Source of the DNA: Lachnospiraceae bacterium
GTDB taxonomy: Bacteria > Bacillota > Clostridia > Lachnospirales > Lachnospiraceae
Length of the DNA stretch: 64,000 nucleotides
Direction: 5' to 3'
Assembly (NCBI GenBank): GCA_022792885.1
Contig: JAAWBX010000011.1
Span: forward strand, 1 to 64,000
Shown piece after piece: positions 21,768 through 34,182 of the stretch. Both the position numbers and the translations under genes were made by a program. The notes below the pieces were generated by a model. That model made no database searches. It was given only the letters and a program-made list of their open reading frames with translations, and was not told the DNA's origin. Each line of letters starts with the position of its first letter. Positions within the stretch are counted from its first letter, which is position 1.

Positions 21768-24700
21768 TTACTCTTCTATCGAATCATCCGTCTCGGACTC
21801 CGCATCGATATCCTTTAAAACCGCCTGGATCTCTTCCTCCAGGATCTCATCCGTCATGTCTCCGTCTGCCTCGTTCATCGAAAGCAGCTCTTCTCCGTCC
21901 GCCTCAGCTTCCCCCGCTTCTTCCTCCAAAGCCGCGTCCAAAGCTTCCGCTTCCGGTAATTCTTTCTTCGCCTTGGCCTCCTCGGCCGCCCGTCTTCTGG
22001 CTTCCTCCTCGGCCGCCCGTCTCGCCGCGGCCTCGGCCGCTCTTCTGGCTTTCTCCGTCTCCCAGGCTTCGTCGATGTCTAGCTTCACGCCCCGATACTG
22101 TTTCATACCGGTGCCGGCCGGAATCAGTTTACCGATGATAACGTTTTCCTTCAATCCGATCAGAGGATCCACCTTCCCGTTGATCGCGGCTTCGGTCAGA
22201 ACCTTCGTCGTCTCCTGGAAAGAAGCTGCCGACAGGAAGGAATTCGTCGCCAGGGAAGCCTTTGTGATACCGAGCATAACCTGCTTGCCTTCCGCCGGTT
22301 CTTTCCCCTGCGCGACCAGTTCCTCATTCATATCATTAAATTCCAGCACATCCATGGATATGCCCGGCAGTACGGTGCTGTCGCCGGCAGTCTCCACGCG
22401 GATCTTCTTCAGCATCTGACGAACGATAACCTCCACATGTTTATCGTTGATCTCAACGCCCTGCAAACGGTATACCCGCTGCACTTCCTGAAGCATGTAA
22501 TCCTGAACGGCGCGCACGCCTTTGATTTTTAAGATGTCGTGCGGATTCACGCTGCCTTCCGTCAGCTCGTCGCCGGCCGCCAGCACGTCTCCCTCCTGCA
22601 CTTTGATCCGCGAACCGTAAGGAATCAGATACGCCTTCGAACGACCGTTCTCTGCATCCGTGATCACGATCTCCCGCTTCTTTTTCGTATCTTTGATGGA
22701 AACCGTACCGCCGAATTCCGCGATGATCGCAAGGCCCTTCGGTTTCCTGGCTTCAAAAAGTTCCTCCACACGGGGAAGACCCTGCGTAATGTCGTCGCCG
22801 GCCACGCCGCCGGTATGGAAAGTACGCATCGTCAACTGCGTGCCCGGTTCGCCGATGGACTGAGCCGCGATAATGCCGACCGCTTCGCCCACCTGCACCG
22901 GCCGGCCCGTCGCCATATTGGCTCCGTAACATTTCGCACAAACGCCCACATGGGACTTACACGATAAAACGGTACGGATTTTGGCCGAATCACGTCCCTG
23001 TTTCTCCAGAGCCCGCACTACCAGAGCCGCCGCCTGAGGCGTACACATGGTATCTTCCTCGATCACCACTTCCCCGGTATCCGGATCCGTGATCGTCTCG
23101 GCTATAAAACGGCCGGTGATACGTTCCTGCAAACTCTCGATCAGTTCCCGTCCGTCCGTGAACGCCTTGATCTCCATGTAGGGAATTTCCTTCCCTTCCG
23201 AGCAGTCGTTCTCGCGGATAATGACCTCCTGGGAAACGTCCACCAGACGCCGTGTCAGATAACCGGAGTCCGCGGTACGCAAAGCCGTATCGGACAGGCC
23301 CTTCCTCGCGCCGTGAGCCGAGATAAAGTATTCCAGAACATCCAGGCCCTCACGGAAGTTGGATTTGATCGGCAGTTCGATCGTACGCCCCGTCGTATCC
23401 GCCATCAGACCCCGCATACCCGCCAGCTGTTTGATCTGCTGATTCGAACCGCGGGCGCCGGAATCCGCCATCATATATATATTGTTGTATTTATCCAGAC
23501 CGGACAGCAGATCTTCCGTCAACTGTTTATCGGTTTCGTTCCAGGTCGAGATTACTTCCTTGTAACGCTCTTCCTCCGTGATCAGACCCCTCCGATAATT
23601 CTTCGCGATCCGATCCACCGTATCCTGCGCCTGCTGCAAGAGCTCCTGTTTGGAAGCCGGCACCGTCATATCCGATACGGACACGGTCATGGCCGCCCGG
23701 GTTGAATACTTATAACCCATGGCCTTAATATCATCCAGCACTTCCGCCGTTTTAAACGTATCATGCTTGTTGATGACTTTTTCCAGGATCTGCTTCAACC
23801 CTTTCTTGCCCACATGGAAATCCACCTCCGGCACCAGTTCGTTACCGGGAACGCTCCGGTCCACAAATCCCAGATCCTGCGGTAAGATCTCATTGAAAAG
23901 AAGGCGCCCCAACGTGGATTCCACAAAGCCTGACTTCGTGCTCCCATCCGCCAGCGTTCTCTCCTCATACACATGAATGCGGGCATGCAGATCGCACACA
24001 CCGTTTTCATAGGCCAGAATCGCCTCGTTTACATTTTTAAAATACTTGCCTTCTCCGGCCGCTCCGGGCCTCTCCTGCGTTAAATAATAAATACCAAGTA
24101 CCATATCCTGCGAGGGAACCGCCACCGGACCGCCGTCCGACGGTTTTAACAGATTATTCGGAGACAGCAAAAGAAAACGACATTCGGCCTGAGCCTCCAC
24201 AGACAGAGGCAAATGGACCGCCATCTGGTCGCCGTCAAAGTCGGCATTAAACGCGGTACACACCAGAGGGTGAAGCTTGATGGCTTTGCCTTCCACAAGG
24301 ATCGGTTCAAAAGCCTGAATCCCCAGACGGTGCAGCGTAGGCGCGCGGTTCAGCATAACCGGATGCTCCTTGATCACATCTTCCAACACGTCCCACACCT
24401 CGCTCTGAAGACGCTCCACCATCTTCATGGCACTCGTGATCTTGTGAGCGGCGTTGTTCGCCACCAGTTCCTTCATCACGAAAGGCTTAAACAGCTCGAT
24501 CGCCATCTCTTTGGGCAGGCCGCACTGATAAATCTTCAGTTCCGGACCCACCACGATAACCGAACGGCCGGAATAATCGACGCGCTTACCCAACAAATTC
24601 TGGCGGAAACGCCCCTGTTTCCCCTTCAGCATATCGGAAAGAGATTTTAAAGAACGATTGCCCGGTCCTGTCACCGGACGGCCGCGGCGGCCGTTATCGA

Positions 24701-25607
24701 TCAGAGCGTCCACGGCTTCCTGCAGCATCCGCTTCTCGTTGCGAACAATAATATCCGGCGCGCCCAGCTCCAGAAGGCGAGCCAGACGGTTGTTCCGGTT
24801 GATGATCCGACGGTAAAGATCGTTCAAATCGGAAGTGGCAAAACGGCCGCCGTCCAACTGAACCATCGGACGCAGATCCGGCGGAATGACCGGAATCACA
24901 TCCATGATCATCCATTCCGGACGGTTGCCGGAACTGCGGAACGCTTCCACGACTTCCAGCCTCTTAATAATGCGCGCGCGCTTCTGGCCGGAGGCATCCT
25001 CCAGCTCCTTCTTTAAAGCGGAAGACTCCTGCTCCAGATCGATCGCCTTTAACAGTTCCTGAATCGCCTCCGCTCCCATACCGACGCGGAACGTATTGCC
25101 ATACTTTTCACAGGCATCCCGATATTCCTTCTCGGAAAGCACCTGCTTATAAGACAACTCCGAAGTTCCTTTATCCAAAACAATGTAAGAAGCAAAATAC
25201 AGCACTTTTTCCAGCACCCGGGGCGACAAATCCAGAATCAGGCCCATCCGGCTGGGTATCCCCTTAAAATACCAGATATGGGAGACCGGCGCCGCTAATG
25301 CAATGTGCCCCATCCGCTCCCTGCGGACGCTGGCCTTCGTAACCTCCACCCCGCAGCGATCGCAGACCACGCCTTTATAGCGGATCTTCTTATACTTGCC
25401 GCAGTGGCATTCCCAGTCTTTACTCGGCCCGAAAATCCGTTCGCAGAACAGACCGTCTTTTTCGGGTTTCAACGTTCTATAGTTAATCGTCTCGGGTTTC
25501 TTCACTTCCCCGTGGGACCACTCCAGAATCTTTTCCGGTGACGCCAGGCCAATCTTGATCGCATCGAATGTCAACGGCTGATAGGTTTCATTCATTGTCT
25601 GAGGCAT
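21768..25607 (-). CDS. rpoC: DNA-directed RNA polymerase subunit beta' with acidic C-terminal extension
   Basis: Zn-binding [35 protein letters not shown] catalytic motif. Confidence 0.98.
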   Translation of the reverse strand: MPQTMNETYQPLTFDAIKIGLASPEKILEWSHGEVKKPETINYRTLKPEKDGLFCERIFGPSKDWECHCGKYKKIRYKGVVCDRCGVEVTKASVRRERMGHIALAAPVSHIWYFKGIPSRMGLILDLSPRVLEKVLYFASYIVLDKGTSELSYKQVLSEKEYRDACEKYGNTFRVGMGAEAIQELLKAIDLEQESSALKKELEDASGQKRARIIKRLEVVEAFRSSGNRPEWMIMDVIPVIPPDLRPMVQLDGGRFATSDLNDLYRRIINRNNRLARLLELGAPDIIVRNEKRMLQEAVDALIDNGRRGRPVTGPGNRSLKSLSDMLKGKQGRFRQNLLGKRVDYSGRSVIVVGPELKIYQCGLPKEMAIELFKPFVMKELVANNAAHKITSAMKMVERLQSEVWDVLEDVIKEHPVMLNRAPTLHRLGIQAFEPILVEGKAIKLHPLVCTAFNADFDGDQMAVHLPLSVEAQAECRFLLLSPNNLLKPSDGGPVAVPSQDMVLGIYYLTQERPGAAGEGKYFKNVNEAILAYENGVCDLHARIHVYEERTLADGSTKSGFVESTLGRLLFNEILPQDLGFVDRSVPGNELVPEVDFHVGKKGLKQILEKVINKHDTFKTAEVLDDIKAMGYKYSTRAAMTVSVSDMTVPASKQELLQQAQDTVDRIAKNYRRGLITEEERYKEVISTWNETDKQLTEDLLSGLDKYNNIYMMADSGARGSNQQIKQLAGMRGLMADTTGRTIELPIKSNFREGLDVLEYFISAHGARKGLSDTALRTADSGYLTRRLVDVSQEVIIRENDCSEGKEIPYMEIKAFTDGRELIESLQERITGRFIAETITDPDTGEVVIEEDTMCTPQAAALVVRALEKQGRDSAKIRTVLSCKSHVGVCAKCYGANMATGRPVQVGEAVGIIAAQSIGEPGTQLTMRTFHTGGVAGDDITQGLPRVEELFEARKPKGLAIIAEFGGTVSIKDTKKKREIVITDAENGRSKAYLIPYGSRIKVQEGDVLAAGDELTEGSVNPHDILKIKGVRAVQDYMLQEVQRVYRLQGVEINDKHVEVIVRQMLKKIRVETAGDSTVLPGISMDVLEFNDMNEELVAQGKEPAEGKQVMLGITKASLATNSFLSAASFQETTKVLTEAAINGKVDPLIGLKENVIIGKLIPAGTGMKQYRGVKLDIDEAWETEKARRAAEAAARRAAEEEARRRAAEEAKAKKELPEAEALDAALEEEAGEAEADGEELLSMNEADGDMTDEILEEEIQAVLKDIDAESETDDSIEE

Positions 25608-25624
25608 TTTGGCTCTCCCTTCTA

Positions 25625-28600
25625 TTATTCATCGAAATCGGATGCAGATTCCTCCGCCGGCTCAGATGCCGCCTCATGCACGGCAACCAGTTCGCCGTCT
25701 TTAAATTCCTGCGTCTGATAACCATAAGCGCCATAGGACTCATGATAATTATTATAATTCCGATCACTGTTCAAAACGGAGTTCAGATCCGTATCACCAT
25801 ATTCATTCACTTCTTTCAGGATCACTTCCGTGTTGTCATCCTTTAAAAGTTTTACATCCAGACCCAGCGACTGCAGCTCTTTCAGAAGCACCTTAAACGA
25901 TTCCGGAATGCCCGGCTCCGGAATATTGTCGCCCTTGATAATCGCCTCGTAAGTCTTCACACGGCCGACAATATCATCCGACTTCACGGTCAGGATCTCC
26001 TGAAGGGTATAGGCCGCGCCGTAAGCTTCCAGCGCCCAAACTTCCATCTCGCCGAAACGCTGGCCGCCGAACTGAGCCTTGCCGCCCAGAGGCTGCTGCG
26101 TAACCAGGGAGTAAGGGCCCGTAGAACGCGCGTGGATCTTATCGTCTACCAGATGATGCAGCTTCAAATAATGCATATGCCCAATCGTAACCGGGCTGTC
26201 AAAATATTCGCCGGTCCTTCCGTCGCGCAGGCGCACTTTGCCGTCCCGCTGGATCGGAACGCCCTTCCACACCTCGCGGTGTTCCAGATTATCCGCCAAA
26301 AACGTCATCACGTCCGGACGCAGGGTATCCGCATACTTCTCCTTAAACGCATCCCATTCCATATTGACATAATCGTTCGCCAGCTCCAGCGTGTCGCCGA
26401 TGTCGTTCTCTCTGGCCCCGTCGAACACCGGCGTGGAGACATTAAAGCCCAGAGCCCGCGCCGCCAGACTCAGATGAATCTCCAGCACCTGCCCGATATT
26501 CATTCGCGAAGGCACGCCCAGAGGATTCAACACGATATCCAACGGACGCCCGTTCGGCAGAAACGGCATGTCTTCCACCGGCAGCACCCGGGAAACCACA
26601 CCCTTGTTCCCGTGACGGCCGGCCATCTTATCCCCGACCGATATCTTCCTCTTCTGAGCGATATAGATTCGAATCGTCTGATTGACGCCCGGATTCAGCT
26701 CGTCGCCGTTCTCCCTGGTGAACATCTTCGCATCCACTACGATTCCGTAAGCGCCGTGCGGCACTTTCAGAGAGGTATCCCGTACCTCCCTCGCCTTCTC
26801 GCCAAAGATCGCGCGCAGAAGCCGTTCCTCCGCCGTCAGCTCCGTCTCTCCCTTCGGAGTCACTTTTCCGACCAGGATGTCCCCGGCGCGAACCTCCGCG
26901 CCGATCCGGATAATCCCGCGCTCATCCAGATCTTTCAAAGCATCGTCGCCGACGCCCGCCACATCTCTTGTAATCTCCTCCGGCCCCAGCTTCGTATCCC
27001 GGGCTTCCGCCTCATACTCCTCAATATGAACCGAAGTATATACGTCGTCCTGAACCAGACGCTCGCTTAAGAGAACCGCGTCCTCGTAATTATAGCCTTC
27101 CCAGGTCATAAATCCGATCAAAGGGTTCTTACCCAGAGCAATCTCCCCGCCGCACGTAGACGGACCGTCCGCGATAACTTCTCCGGCTTCCACCCGGTCC
27201 CCCTTGTATACGATCGGTTTCTGGTTATAACAGTTATTCTGATTGCTTCTGGCAAACTTGGTCAGGCGGTAAACGTCGCGGCCGCCTTCGTCGTTTAAAA
27301 TCACGATCTCATTGGAAGCGGCGCGGTCGACGACACCGCCCGTCTTCGCCAGCACGCAGACGCCGGAGTCCACGGCCGCCTTCGCCTCAATACCGGTTCC
27401 CACCACGGGCGCCTCCGTCTTCAGAAGCGGTACTGCCTGACGCTGCATGTTCGACCCCATCAGAGCGCGGTTGGCATCGTCGTTTTGCAGGAACGGAATC
27501 ATGGCGGTCGCCACGGAAAATACCATCTTCGGCGATACGTCCATCAAATCCACCGACTGTTTGCGGAACTCGGAAGTCTCCTCCCGGAAACGCCCGGAAA
27601 CGTTATTCTTTACAAAATGCCCTTCCGAATCCAGCGCTTCGTTCGCCTGCGCCACAATATAATTGTCCTCCTCGTCGGCCGTCAGATAGATCACTTCATC
27701 CGTCACGACCGGATTGTTCGGATCCGTCTTCTTATCCACCACACGGTAAGGCGCTTCCACAAACCCGTATTCGTTCACCCTTGCGTAACTCGCCAGGGAA
27801 TTGATCAGACCGATATTGGGACCTTCCGGCGTCTCGATCGGACACATCCGCCCATAATGCGTGTAATGCACGTCGCGCACCTCGAAACCGGCCCGGTCAC
27901 GCGACAGACCGCCCGGCCCCAAAGCCGAGAGACGTCTCTTGTGAGTCAACTCCGACAGAGGATTGTTCTGATCCATAAACTGGGACAACTGAGAGCTTCC
28001 GAAAAACTCCTTCACCGCCGCCGTCACCGGTTTGATATTGATCAGCGACTGAGGCGACATCCCTTCCATATCCTGTGTCGCCATCCGCTCACGAACCACC
28101 CTCTCCATACGGGAAAGGCCGATCCGGTACTGATTCTGAAGGAGTTCTCCGACCGCCCGGATCCGGCGGTTGCCCAGATGATCGATGTCGTCGGCATTTC
28201 CGATTCCTTCTTCCAGATGAATATTATAATTGATGGAAGCGATGATATCTTCCTTCGTAATGTGCTTCGGCACCAGTTCGTGAATATTGCGGCGAACGGC
28301 TTCCTTCCGCTCTTCTTCGTCCGAATATTCTTCCAAAATCCCCTGCAGCACCGGATAAAACACGTTCTCCGTCACGCCGGCCTCTTTGGGGTTAAACGAA
28401 ACGTATTTGGACATATCCACCATCATATTGGAAAGGACCTTGACCTTGCGGTCCTCCCCTTCCACGTAGACATACGGAACAGCCGCATCCTGTATCTCGA
28501 CCGCCATCGTTTTTGTCACCTTCGTTCCCGCTTCCGCAATCACTTCGCCGGTGCTCAAATCGACGACGTCCTCCGCCAGTACGCGGCCGGAGATTCGATT

Positions 28601-29464
28601 CTTGAAATGCAGCTTCTTATTAAATTTATAACGGCCCACTTTGGCCAGATCATAACGCCTGGGGTCGAAAAACATGCTGTTAAGAAGGCTCTCCGCGCTG
28701 TCCACCGACAACGGCTCGCCCGGGCGGATCTTCTTATATAATTCCAGCAGCCCGTCCTCATAATTATCCGACGGGTCCTTCTCAATACTGGCTTCGATCT
28801 TCGGCTCCTCGCCGAACAGCTCTCGGATCTCCGTGTTGGTACCCAGGCCCAGCGCGCGCAGAAGAACCGTCACCGGGACTTTTCTCGTCCGGTCGACCCG
28901 GACAAAAAATACGTCGTTCGAGTCCGTCTCATATTCCAGCCAGGCGCCCCGATTCGGAATCACGGTACAGGAGTAGAGTTTTTTGCCGACTTTATCGTGC
29001 GCAATTCCATAATAAATACCGGGGGAACGAACCAACTGGCTTACAATGACGCGTTCCGCGCCATTGATCACAAAAGATCCCGTCTCTGTCATCAGGGGCA
29101 GATCACCCATGAAAATCTCATGTTCGTTGATCTCGTCCGTCTCCTTATTGATCAGACGGACTTTTACTTTCAGAGGGGCCGCATAGGTAGCATCCCGTTC
29201 TTTGCATTCCTCGATTGAATATTTTACCTCGTCTCTGCACAAAGTAAAAGCAATAAATTCCAGACTCAAATGTCCTCCGAAGTCCGCGATTGGAGAGATG
29301 TCATCCAATACTTCCTTCAAACCTTCGTCCAAAAACCACTGATAGGAATCTTTCTGGATCTCAATGAGGTTTGGCATTTCAAGAACTTCTTTTTGTCTTG
29401 AATAACTCATTCGCACGTTTTTTCCAGCCGGAACCGGGCGGATTCTGTTTTTCTCCATTGACAT
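25625..29464 (-). CDS. rpoB: DNA-directed RNA polymerase subunit beta
   Basis: [15 protein letters not shown]..., full-length beta subunit; exact start uncertain among N-terminal Met codons. Confidence 0.97.
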   Translation of the reverse strand: MSMEKNRIRPVPAGKNVRMSYSRQKEVLEMPNLIEIQKDSYQWFLDEGLKEVLDDISPIADFGGHLSLEFIAFTLCRDEVKYSIEECKERDATYAAPLKVKVRLINKETDEINEHEIFMGDLPLMTETGSFVINGAERVIVSQLVRSPGIYYGIAHDKVGKKLYSCTVIPNRGAWLEYETDSNDVFFVRVDRTRKVPVTVLLRALGLGTNTEIRELFGEEPKIEASIEKDPSDNYEDGLLELYKKIRPGEPLSVDSAESLLNSMFFDPRRYDLAKVGRYKFNKKLHFKNRISGRVLAEDVVDLSTGEVIAEAGTKVTKTMAVEIQDAAVPYVYVEGEDRKVKVLSNMMVDMSKYVSFNPKEAGVTENVFYPVLQGILEEYSDEEERKEAVRRNIHELVPKHITKEDIIASINYNIHLEEGIGNADDIDHLGNRRIRAVGELLQNQYRIGLSRMERVVRERMATQDMEGMSPQSLINIKPVTAAVKEFFGSSQLSQFMDQNNPLSELTHKRRLSALGPGGLSRDRAGFEVRDVHYTHYGRMCPIETPEGPNIGLINSLASYARVNEYGFVEAPYRVVDKKTDPNNPVVTDEVIYLTADEEDNYIVAQANEALDSEGHFVKNNVSGRFREETSEFRKQSVDLMDVSPKMVFSVATAMIPFLQNDDANRALMGSNMQRQAVPLLKTEAPVVGTGIEAKAAVDSGVCVLAKTGGVVDRAASNEIVILNDEGGRDVYRLTKFARSNQNNCYNQKPIVYKGDRVEAGEVIADGPSTCGGEIALGKNPLIGFMTWEGYNYEDAVLLSERLVQDDVYTSVHIEEYEAEARDTKLGPEEITRDVAGVGDDALKDLDERGIIRIGAEVRAGDILVGKVTPKGETELTAEERLLRAIFGEKAREVRDTSLKVPHGAYGIVVDAKMFTRENGDELNPGVNQTIRIYIAQKRKISVGDKMAGRHGNKGVVSRVLPVEDMPFLPNGRPLDIVLNPLGVPSRMNIGQVLEIHLSLAARALGFNVSTPVFDGARENDIGDTLELANDYVNMEWDAFKEKYADTLRPDVMTFLADNLEHREVWKGVPIQRDGKVRLRDGRTGEYFDSPVTIGHMHYLKLHHLVDDKIHARSTGPYSLVTQQPLGGKAQFGGQRFGEMEVWALEAYGAAYTLQEILTVKSDDIVGRVKTYEAIIKGDNIPEPGIPESFKVLLKELQSLGLDVKLLKDDNTEVILKEVNEYGDTDLNSVLNSDRNYNNYHESYGAYGYQTQEFKDGELVAVHEAASEPAEESASDFDE

Positions 29465-29593
29465 TTCACCCCTGTTTTTCTTATATTAACTTTGTCAACC
29501 CATCATTTTGGCACAATAAAGCCCATTACACCACAATAGTGTACTTATCATAATAACACCAGCGGCTAGGGCTGTCAACTAATTTTTATTTTC

Positions 29594-29628
29594 TACTTGA
29601 AACTTTTCCCGGGGAATGGTATAATGTA
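29594..29628 (+). promoter_or_regulatory. candidate promoter TTGAAA-17-TATAAT for gene at 29660
   Basis: consensus-like hexamers in rpoB-upstream intergenic region. Confidence 0.4.
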
Positions 29629-29659
29629 AGGCACGCAATTGTTCACAGGAGGTACCCAC

Positions 29660-30100
29660 ATGAGCCCATTCTGGACCGTCGTCATTGTGATTCTGGTCAT
29701 TTTAGTGGTCGCCCTGATCGTTCTTTATATCTGGGGGAACAAGATGCAGACCCGTCAGGTCGAGCAGCAGGCCCTTATGGATCAGATGGCGCAAACCGTT
29801 TCCATCCTCGTTATTGATAAGAAGAGAATGAAGCTGACCGAAGCCAATCTTCCCAAAGCCGCCGTGGAACAGGCGCCCTGGTATGCCAAGCGCATGAAAG
29901 TCCCCGTGGTAAAGGCCAAAGTGCAGAACCGAATCCTGACTCTGATGGCCGACAACGACGTTTACGAGATTCTTCCCGTCAAGACGGAAGCCAAGGTCGT
30001 CGTGAGCGGCATCTATATCACCGCCGTCAAAAGCGTCCGCGGCGCTTCCATTCAGGCACCGGTTAAGAAAGGCTTTTTCGCCAGACTTTTCAAAAAGTAA
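29660..30100 (+). CDS. hypothetical N-terminally membrane-anchored protein
   Basis: CAGGAGG RBS; N-terminal TM helix FWTVVIVILVILVVALIVLYIW. Confidence 0.5.
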   Translation: MSPFWTVVIVILVILVVALIVLYIWGNKMQTRQVEQQALMDQMAQTVSILVIDKKRMKLTEANLPKAAVEQAPWYAKRMKVPVVKAKVQNRILTLMADNDVYEILPVKTEAKVVVSGIYITAVKSVRGASIQAPVKKGFFARLFKK

Positions 30101-30110
30101 TACAGATAAT

Positions 30111-30150
30111 AAGCAGGAGTTTTCTTTGGACAACCCCTGCTTTTATTTTT
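30111..30150 (+). terminator. intrinsic terminator
   Basis: AAGCAGG...CCTGCTT stem followed by TTATTTTTG. Confidence 0.45.
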
Positions 30151-30249
30151 GCCATATTTTTCCGCTCTATGCCGCGCCGCTCTTCTTTCCGCGGTCCGCA
30201 GCCCTCTCCATAGATCGCGATCCGCTTCTTTGCCGTTATCGCTTCTTTG

Positions 30250-30675
30250 TTACGACCGTCTCTTTGCCGTTATTTGCATCCGGCATTCCGAGACAAATCC
30301 GCCGTCCAGATAAAGTTCATAAGTCAGCCAAACCCGGAATTCCTCCCTCGCTTCCGTCCGGTATTCTCTCGTCCGCGTTTCCATATGTAAAGAACCGTAA
30401 GGCGTATGATACTCCGCCGCCAGCCGCTCCCCCATCCGGAAAACCATGCAGTTCTCCGCCCCGGCATTTTCGACCGGCGTCCGAACGATCGCTTTTTCCG
30501 GCCATAACTCAATCTGCTGCCTCAAACCTTCCCCCGTCTCGTAAACCAGAAAACGAATCCCGTCCGCTTCATAAAAATACCCCGGTCCCGCAATCTTTTC
30601 CGTCTCCTGTTTTTCTCCGTCCGATCTTTGGATCTCCAGAGAAACCGTTACCGGTATTCGTGTCGTCCGCTCCAC
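30250..30675 (-). CDS. DUF1934 (YwiB-like) hypothetical protein
   Basis: size and sequence consistent with DUF1934 beta-barrel family. Confidence 0.4.
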   Translation of the reverse strand: MERTTRIPVTVSLEIQRSDGEKQETEKIAGPGYFYEADGIRFLVYETGEGLRQQIELWPEKAIVRTPVENAGAENCMVFRMGERLAAEYHTPYGSLHMETRTREYRTEAREEFRVWLTYELYLDGGFVSECRMQITAKRRS

Positions 30676-30720
30676 GGCCGTTCCTCCCCAAGTAAACCTC
30701 TTCTTCGCACCCCGGCGCCG

Positions 30721-31800
30721 TCAGCCCACCTGATACGCACTGTACGCATCCTTTCTCTTAAACGCCGTCTGAATCAGACGTTCGACCAGCTCTTCCTTCG
30801 ACAGCCCCCGGTTCTCCCACAGGGACGGATACATACTGATCGCCGTAAAACCGGGCAGCGTGTTGATCTCATTAAATACCACCGTCCCGTCCGCCTTCAC
30901 GAAAAAATCCACCCGGGCAAGGCCGAAACCGTCCACGCCCTTAAAAATCCGCACCGCGGCGTCGCGCACGGCTTCCGCCGCGTCCCCCGGCAGTTCCGGA
31001 TCCAGAACCGTCTTGGACTCCGCGTTATAATACTTGGATTCAAAATCATAAAAGGACGCCGCCGATAAGATCTCCCCCACACCGGACGCCTCCACGGTAT
31101 CGGCCCCCAGCACCGCGCACTCGATCTCCCGGCCGACGATTCGCTCCTCCACCAGAATCTTCGTATCATGCCTGGCGGCTTCCTTCAAAGCTTTCTTCAG
31201 TTCTTCCCGGTCGGCGGCCTGGCTCACGCCCCTTGAAGAGCCGGCGCATGAGGGTTTCACAAACACCGGATAAGACAGTTTTTCCTCCACCTTCCGAACA
31301 ACCGCTTCCGGAGCTTCCAGCTCCGACCGCGTTACCAGCACATAAGAAGCCTGACAAATTCCCAGCGTATCCGCGATCACCTTCGTGTACACCTTGTCCA
31401 TGGAAACCGCCGAAGCCAGCACACCGCACCCCACGTAAGGAATCCGCGCCAGTTCAAAAATCCCCTGGACCGTCCCGTCCTCGCCCCACAGCCCGTGAAG
31501 CACCGGAAAGACCACGTCCACCGGAACCGCCTCCGCCTTCCCGTCCTTCAGAAGGAGCACGCCCTTCTGCACGGCGTCCGGAGACAGAATCGCTCCCACC
31601 CGGGATTCCTTCCAGGCGCCCGAACGGATATCTTCCGCGGAATCCACTTTCAGCCAGCGCCCTTCCTCCGTGATCCCGATAATCAGGATCTCATAAATAT
31701 CCTTCTTTATATGGTCAATCACATTCGGCGCCGACATACAGGACACTTCGTGCTCCGAAGACTGCCCGCCAAACAGTACCGCGATCGTTTTTTTTCGCAT
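30721..31800 (-). CDS. ddl: D-alanine--D-alanine ligase
   Basis: IAVLFGGQSSEHEVSCMS N-term, ATP-grasp motifs; GAGGGAGAGG RBS before ATG at 31800. Confidence 0.9.
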   Translation of the reverse strand: MRKKTIAVLFGGQSSEHEVSCMSAPNVIDHIKKDIYEILIIGITEEGRWLKVDSAEDIRSGAWKESRVGAILSPDAVQKGVLLLKDGKAEAVPVDVVFPVLHGLWGEDGTVQGIFELARIPYVGCGVLASAVSMDKVYTKVIADTLGICQASYVLVTRSELEAPEAVVRKVEEKLSYPVFVKPSCAGSSRGVSQAADREELKKALKEAARHDTKILVEERIVGREIECAVLGADTVEASGVGEILSAASFYDFESKYYNAESKTVLDPELPGDAAEAVRDAAVRIFKGVDGFGLARVDFFVKADGTVVFNEINTLPGFTAISMYPSLWENRGLSKEELVERLIQTAFKRKDAYSAYQVG

Positions 31801-31927
31801 GATCCTCTCCCTCGCTCTTTGCAAACTTTTACATCTTATTCATTCTACCTCCTTTTTATGAATGTGTAAATCGAATCTTTGCCCGCGGCAGGCATCCCGC
31901 TCCTTTCTTCCCGTTTCCGCCGCCTTC

Positions 31928-32575
31928 TCATACCGACCGTTCCATCACGCCGCCGTCCATCCGGTACACCACGTCACAAAGATATTCCACGTCCTCCCTG
32001 GAATGGCTGGCCAGCAAAATCACCCGTCCCGCCAGCTTCAACTCCAGCAATACCTCCCGCATTTCCTGTACTCCCTTCTCATCCAGACCGTTAAACGGTT
32101 CGTCCAAAATTATGATCTCACTCTCCTCCATCAGCGCCTGCGCGATCGCCAGCCGCTGCTTCATTCCCATAGAATACTTCCCCACATGTTTCTTCTCATC
32201 CGGATCCAAACCAACCAGTTCAATATATTTCCGGATCTTTGCCGGATCCGTCTTCTTTCGAATCGAATACAAATATTTCAGATTTTCATAAGCGGAATAC
32301 TGAGGCAGAAATCCCGGCGTCTCAATAATAAACCCGATCTCTTCCGGAAAATCCACCTCTTTTCCCACCCGCTTTCCGTTCACCGTAACCTCCCCTTCCG
32401 TGGGCGCGACAAAACCGCAGATACATTTTAAAAGCATGCTTTTCCCGGAACCGTTCCTTCCGACGATTCCATAGATCTGACCTTTCTCAAATTCCACGCA
32501 TACATCCTTTAACACTTTCCTCTCGCCAAACGATTTGCTCACATGTTCTACCGATATCGGCTTATTTTCCTTCAT
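31928..32575 (-). CDS. ABC transporter ATP-binding protein
   Basis: Walker A GRNGSGKS, signature/Walker B LDEPFNGLD. Confidence 0.9.
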   Translation of the reverse strand: MKENKPISVEHVSKSFGERKVLKDVCVEFEKGQIYGIVGRNGSGKSMLLKCICGFVAPTEGEVTVNGKRVGKEVDFPEEIGFIIETPGFLPQYSAYENLKYLYSIRKKTDPAKIRKYIELVGLDPDEKKHVGKYSMGMKQRLAIAQALMEESEIIILDEPFNGLDEKGVQEMREVLLELKLAGRVILLASHSREDVEYLCDVVYRMDGGVMERSV

Positions 32576-33422
32576 ATAAATCCCCTTTTTTCATCTTCGT
32601 ATAAACAACGGCAATCAGCAGCAACAAACCCGCAGCGCCCGCAAAAAACAGAAACGCGTACTTCAGCGAAGGATAACCGAACAGTCCGATCCCTTTCAGG
32701 GTATCCAATTTGGCCAGCGAAAGCGGAGAATAATGATAATACCGAAACGGCAGCAAATTCACAATCGCATAATCCAGGCCGGTAAACGCCGCCGCCGCGA
32801 TCGTCCCCGCCTGCCGCCCGATCATATAATTCAGGCAATATACCAGTCCGCCTAAAAAACTGACGCATCCCCATTCCAAAAGCAGCGCAAGCACCGTAGC
32901 TTCCGCCGGAGAAAAACCGGAGAGTATCTGTTTGCTGACCGAAAATCGGACTCCCCCCGGCATCAACGCCCCGCCGTAACCCAGCGTCCCCAACAATTTC
33001 CCCCAACTTCCGGAAAATTCCAGATAAGGAATCTGATTGACCAGCGCAAACAAAAACAGCATCGCAACAAAGAAAGCCGACATCGTGACAATATATAAAA
33101 CCGTCCCACACACCATCGGCACCTTCCTTGCCCTGGCAAGCATATAATACCCCTCTTTTCCCCAGAAAGGAGCTTTACAGAACAGGAAAATCGCAAAGGC
33201 CGCAAAAACGACCTGACACATGGTATCATTGGTCAAAAAAGGGAACACCCAGGGAGTATTTAAAATCCCTACGCTCTGGCTGAAAACATTTAACGGACTT
33301 ACCAGCATGCGAATATACAAAAACACCATCAGAAAAAGAATCCCCGTCCGCACGGTAAACAATTCCTTCCGCCATTGGAGGCAGCATATTTTCCACACCT
33401 TCCTACACATCGCCATCTTCAC
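32562..33422 (-). CDS. ABC-2 type transporter permease
   Basis: six hydrophobic helices, overlaps ATPase gene start. Confidence 0.6.
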   Translation of the reverse strand: MKMAMCRKVWKICCLQWRKELFTVRTGILFLMVFLYIRMLVSPLNVFSQSVGILNTPWVFPFLTNDTMCQVVFAAFAIFLFCKAPFWGKEGYYMLARARKVPMVCGTVLYIVTMSAFFVAMLFLFALVNQIPYLEFSGSWGKLLGTLGYGGALMPGGVRFSVSKQILSGFSPAEATVLALLLEWGCVSFLGGLVYCLNYMIGRQAGTIAAAAFTGLDYAIVNLLPFRYYHYSPLSLAKLDTLKGIGLFGYPSLKYAFLFFAGAAGLLLLIAVVYTKMKKGDLYEGK

Positions 33423-34182
33423 ACCTCTTTTGCAGAACTTTTTTTGCCCGTCGGATCATCCATATCAAAAAACATCCGACCACCCCGGTCATGACCGCCA
33501 GCGTCAGACACTCGCTTCCGATCCGGATTTCCCCGCCCAGTAAAAGCGGAATCTGCAGTGCCTCGGGAAGGCGGATCATTTTCCCGACCTCCTTCACGAC
33601 CCGATAACAGAAAAACGCGCTGAACAGCGCCACATACGGGTTAGGCAAATGGAATGAAATATATACCGCAGCCCCCGAAAAAAAAGCTGCCGTCAGAAAC
33701 ACAAAGTATGCCTGAAGGAGAAAATAAAGTCCGCCCCACCCGCTCTCAAGAAGCCCGGCAAAAGGAAGCGTCGCAAAAGCAACCGCATTCCCTCCGGCCG
33801 GACTATAAAAAGGCACAAACATACGCAAAAAAAATACATATAAAAGATAGCCGAAAGCAGCCGCGCCTCCTCCCGCAAACGCGCCCTTTAATACCATCCG
33901 AACCGCGTATCCCCGTTTCCCCCGCCTCTTTAAAGTCATCAGGAACACGCCCGATTTCCATTCTTCACAAAACCCCAACCCACAGGGAATCATGGCAAAC
34001 ACCAGGAACATGTAATGATACAAACCATAATGAAACGCCATATAGGAATAATACATAACATCCGTCTCCCCGGCATTGCGATGCTGAAAAAGCATTTTCA
34101 AATCGCTCCCTCCATCCAACGCGAAAAAAAACGCCGTCAAAAAGGCCGCCGCAAAAAAACGAATCGCACTTCTCTTCTTCAT
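33403..34182 (-). CDS. integral membrane protein (ABC-2 permease-like), start MKKRS overlapping stop of upstream lipoprotein gene
   Basis: multiple TM helices; ATGA translational coupling at 34182. Confidence 0.5.
   Translation of the reverse strand: MKKRSAIRFFAAAFLTAFFFALDGGSDLKMLFQHRNAGETDVMYYSYMAFHYGLYHYMFLVFAMIPCGLGFCEEWKSGVFLMTLKRRGKRGYAVRMVLKGAFAGGGAAAFGYLLYVFFLRMFVPFYSPAGGNAVAFATLPFAGLLESGWGGLYFLLQAYFVFLTAAFFSGAAVYISFHLPNPYVALFSAFFCYRVVKEVGKMIRLPEALQIPLLLGGEIRIGSECLTLAVMTGVVGCFLIWMIRRAKKVLQKRCEDGDV

Noticed and set aside
27485-28741. 418-aa plus-strand ORF inside rpoB
   Set aside because: Antisense to a certain housekeeping gene in a high-GC genome, where spurious long ORFs are common. 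No RBS and no recognisable domain.
21768-29464. rpoB and rpoC both exactly 1279 codons
   Set aside because: Checked for a duplication or annotation artefact. The sequences are unrelated, as expected for beta and beta'; the equal length is coincidence.
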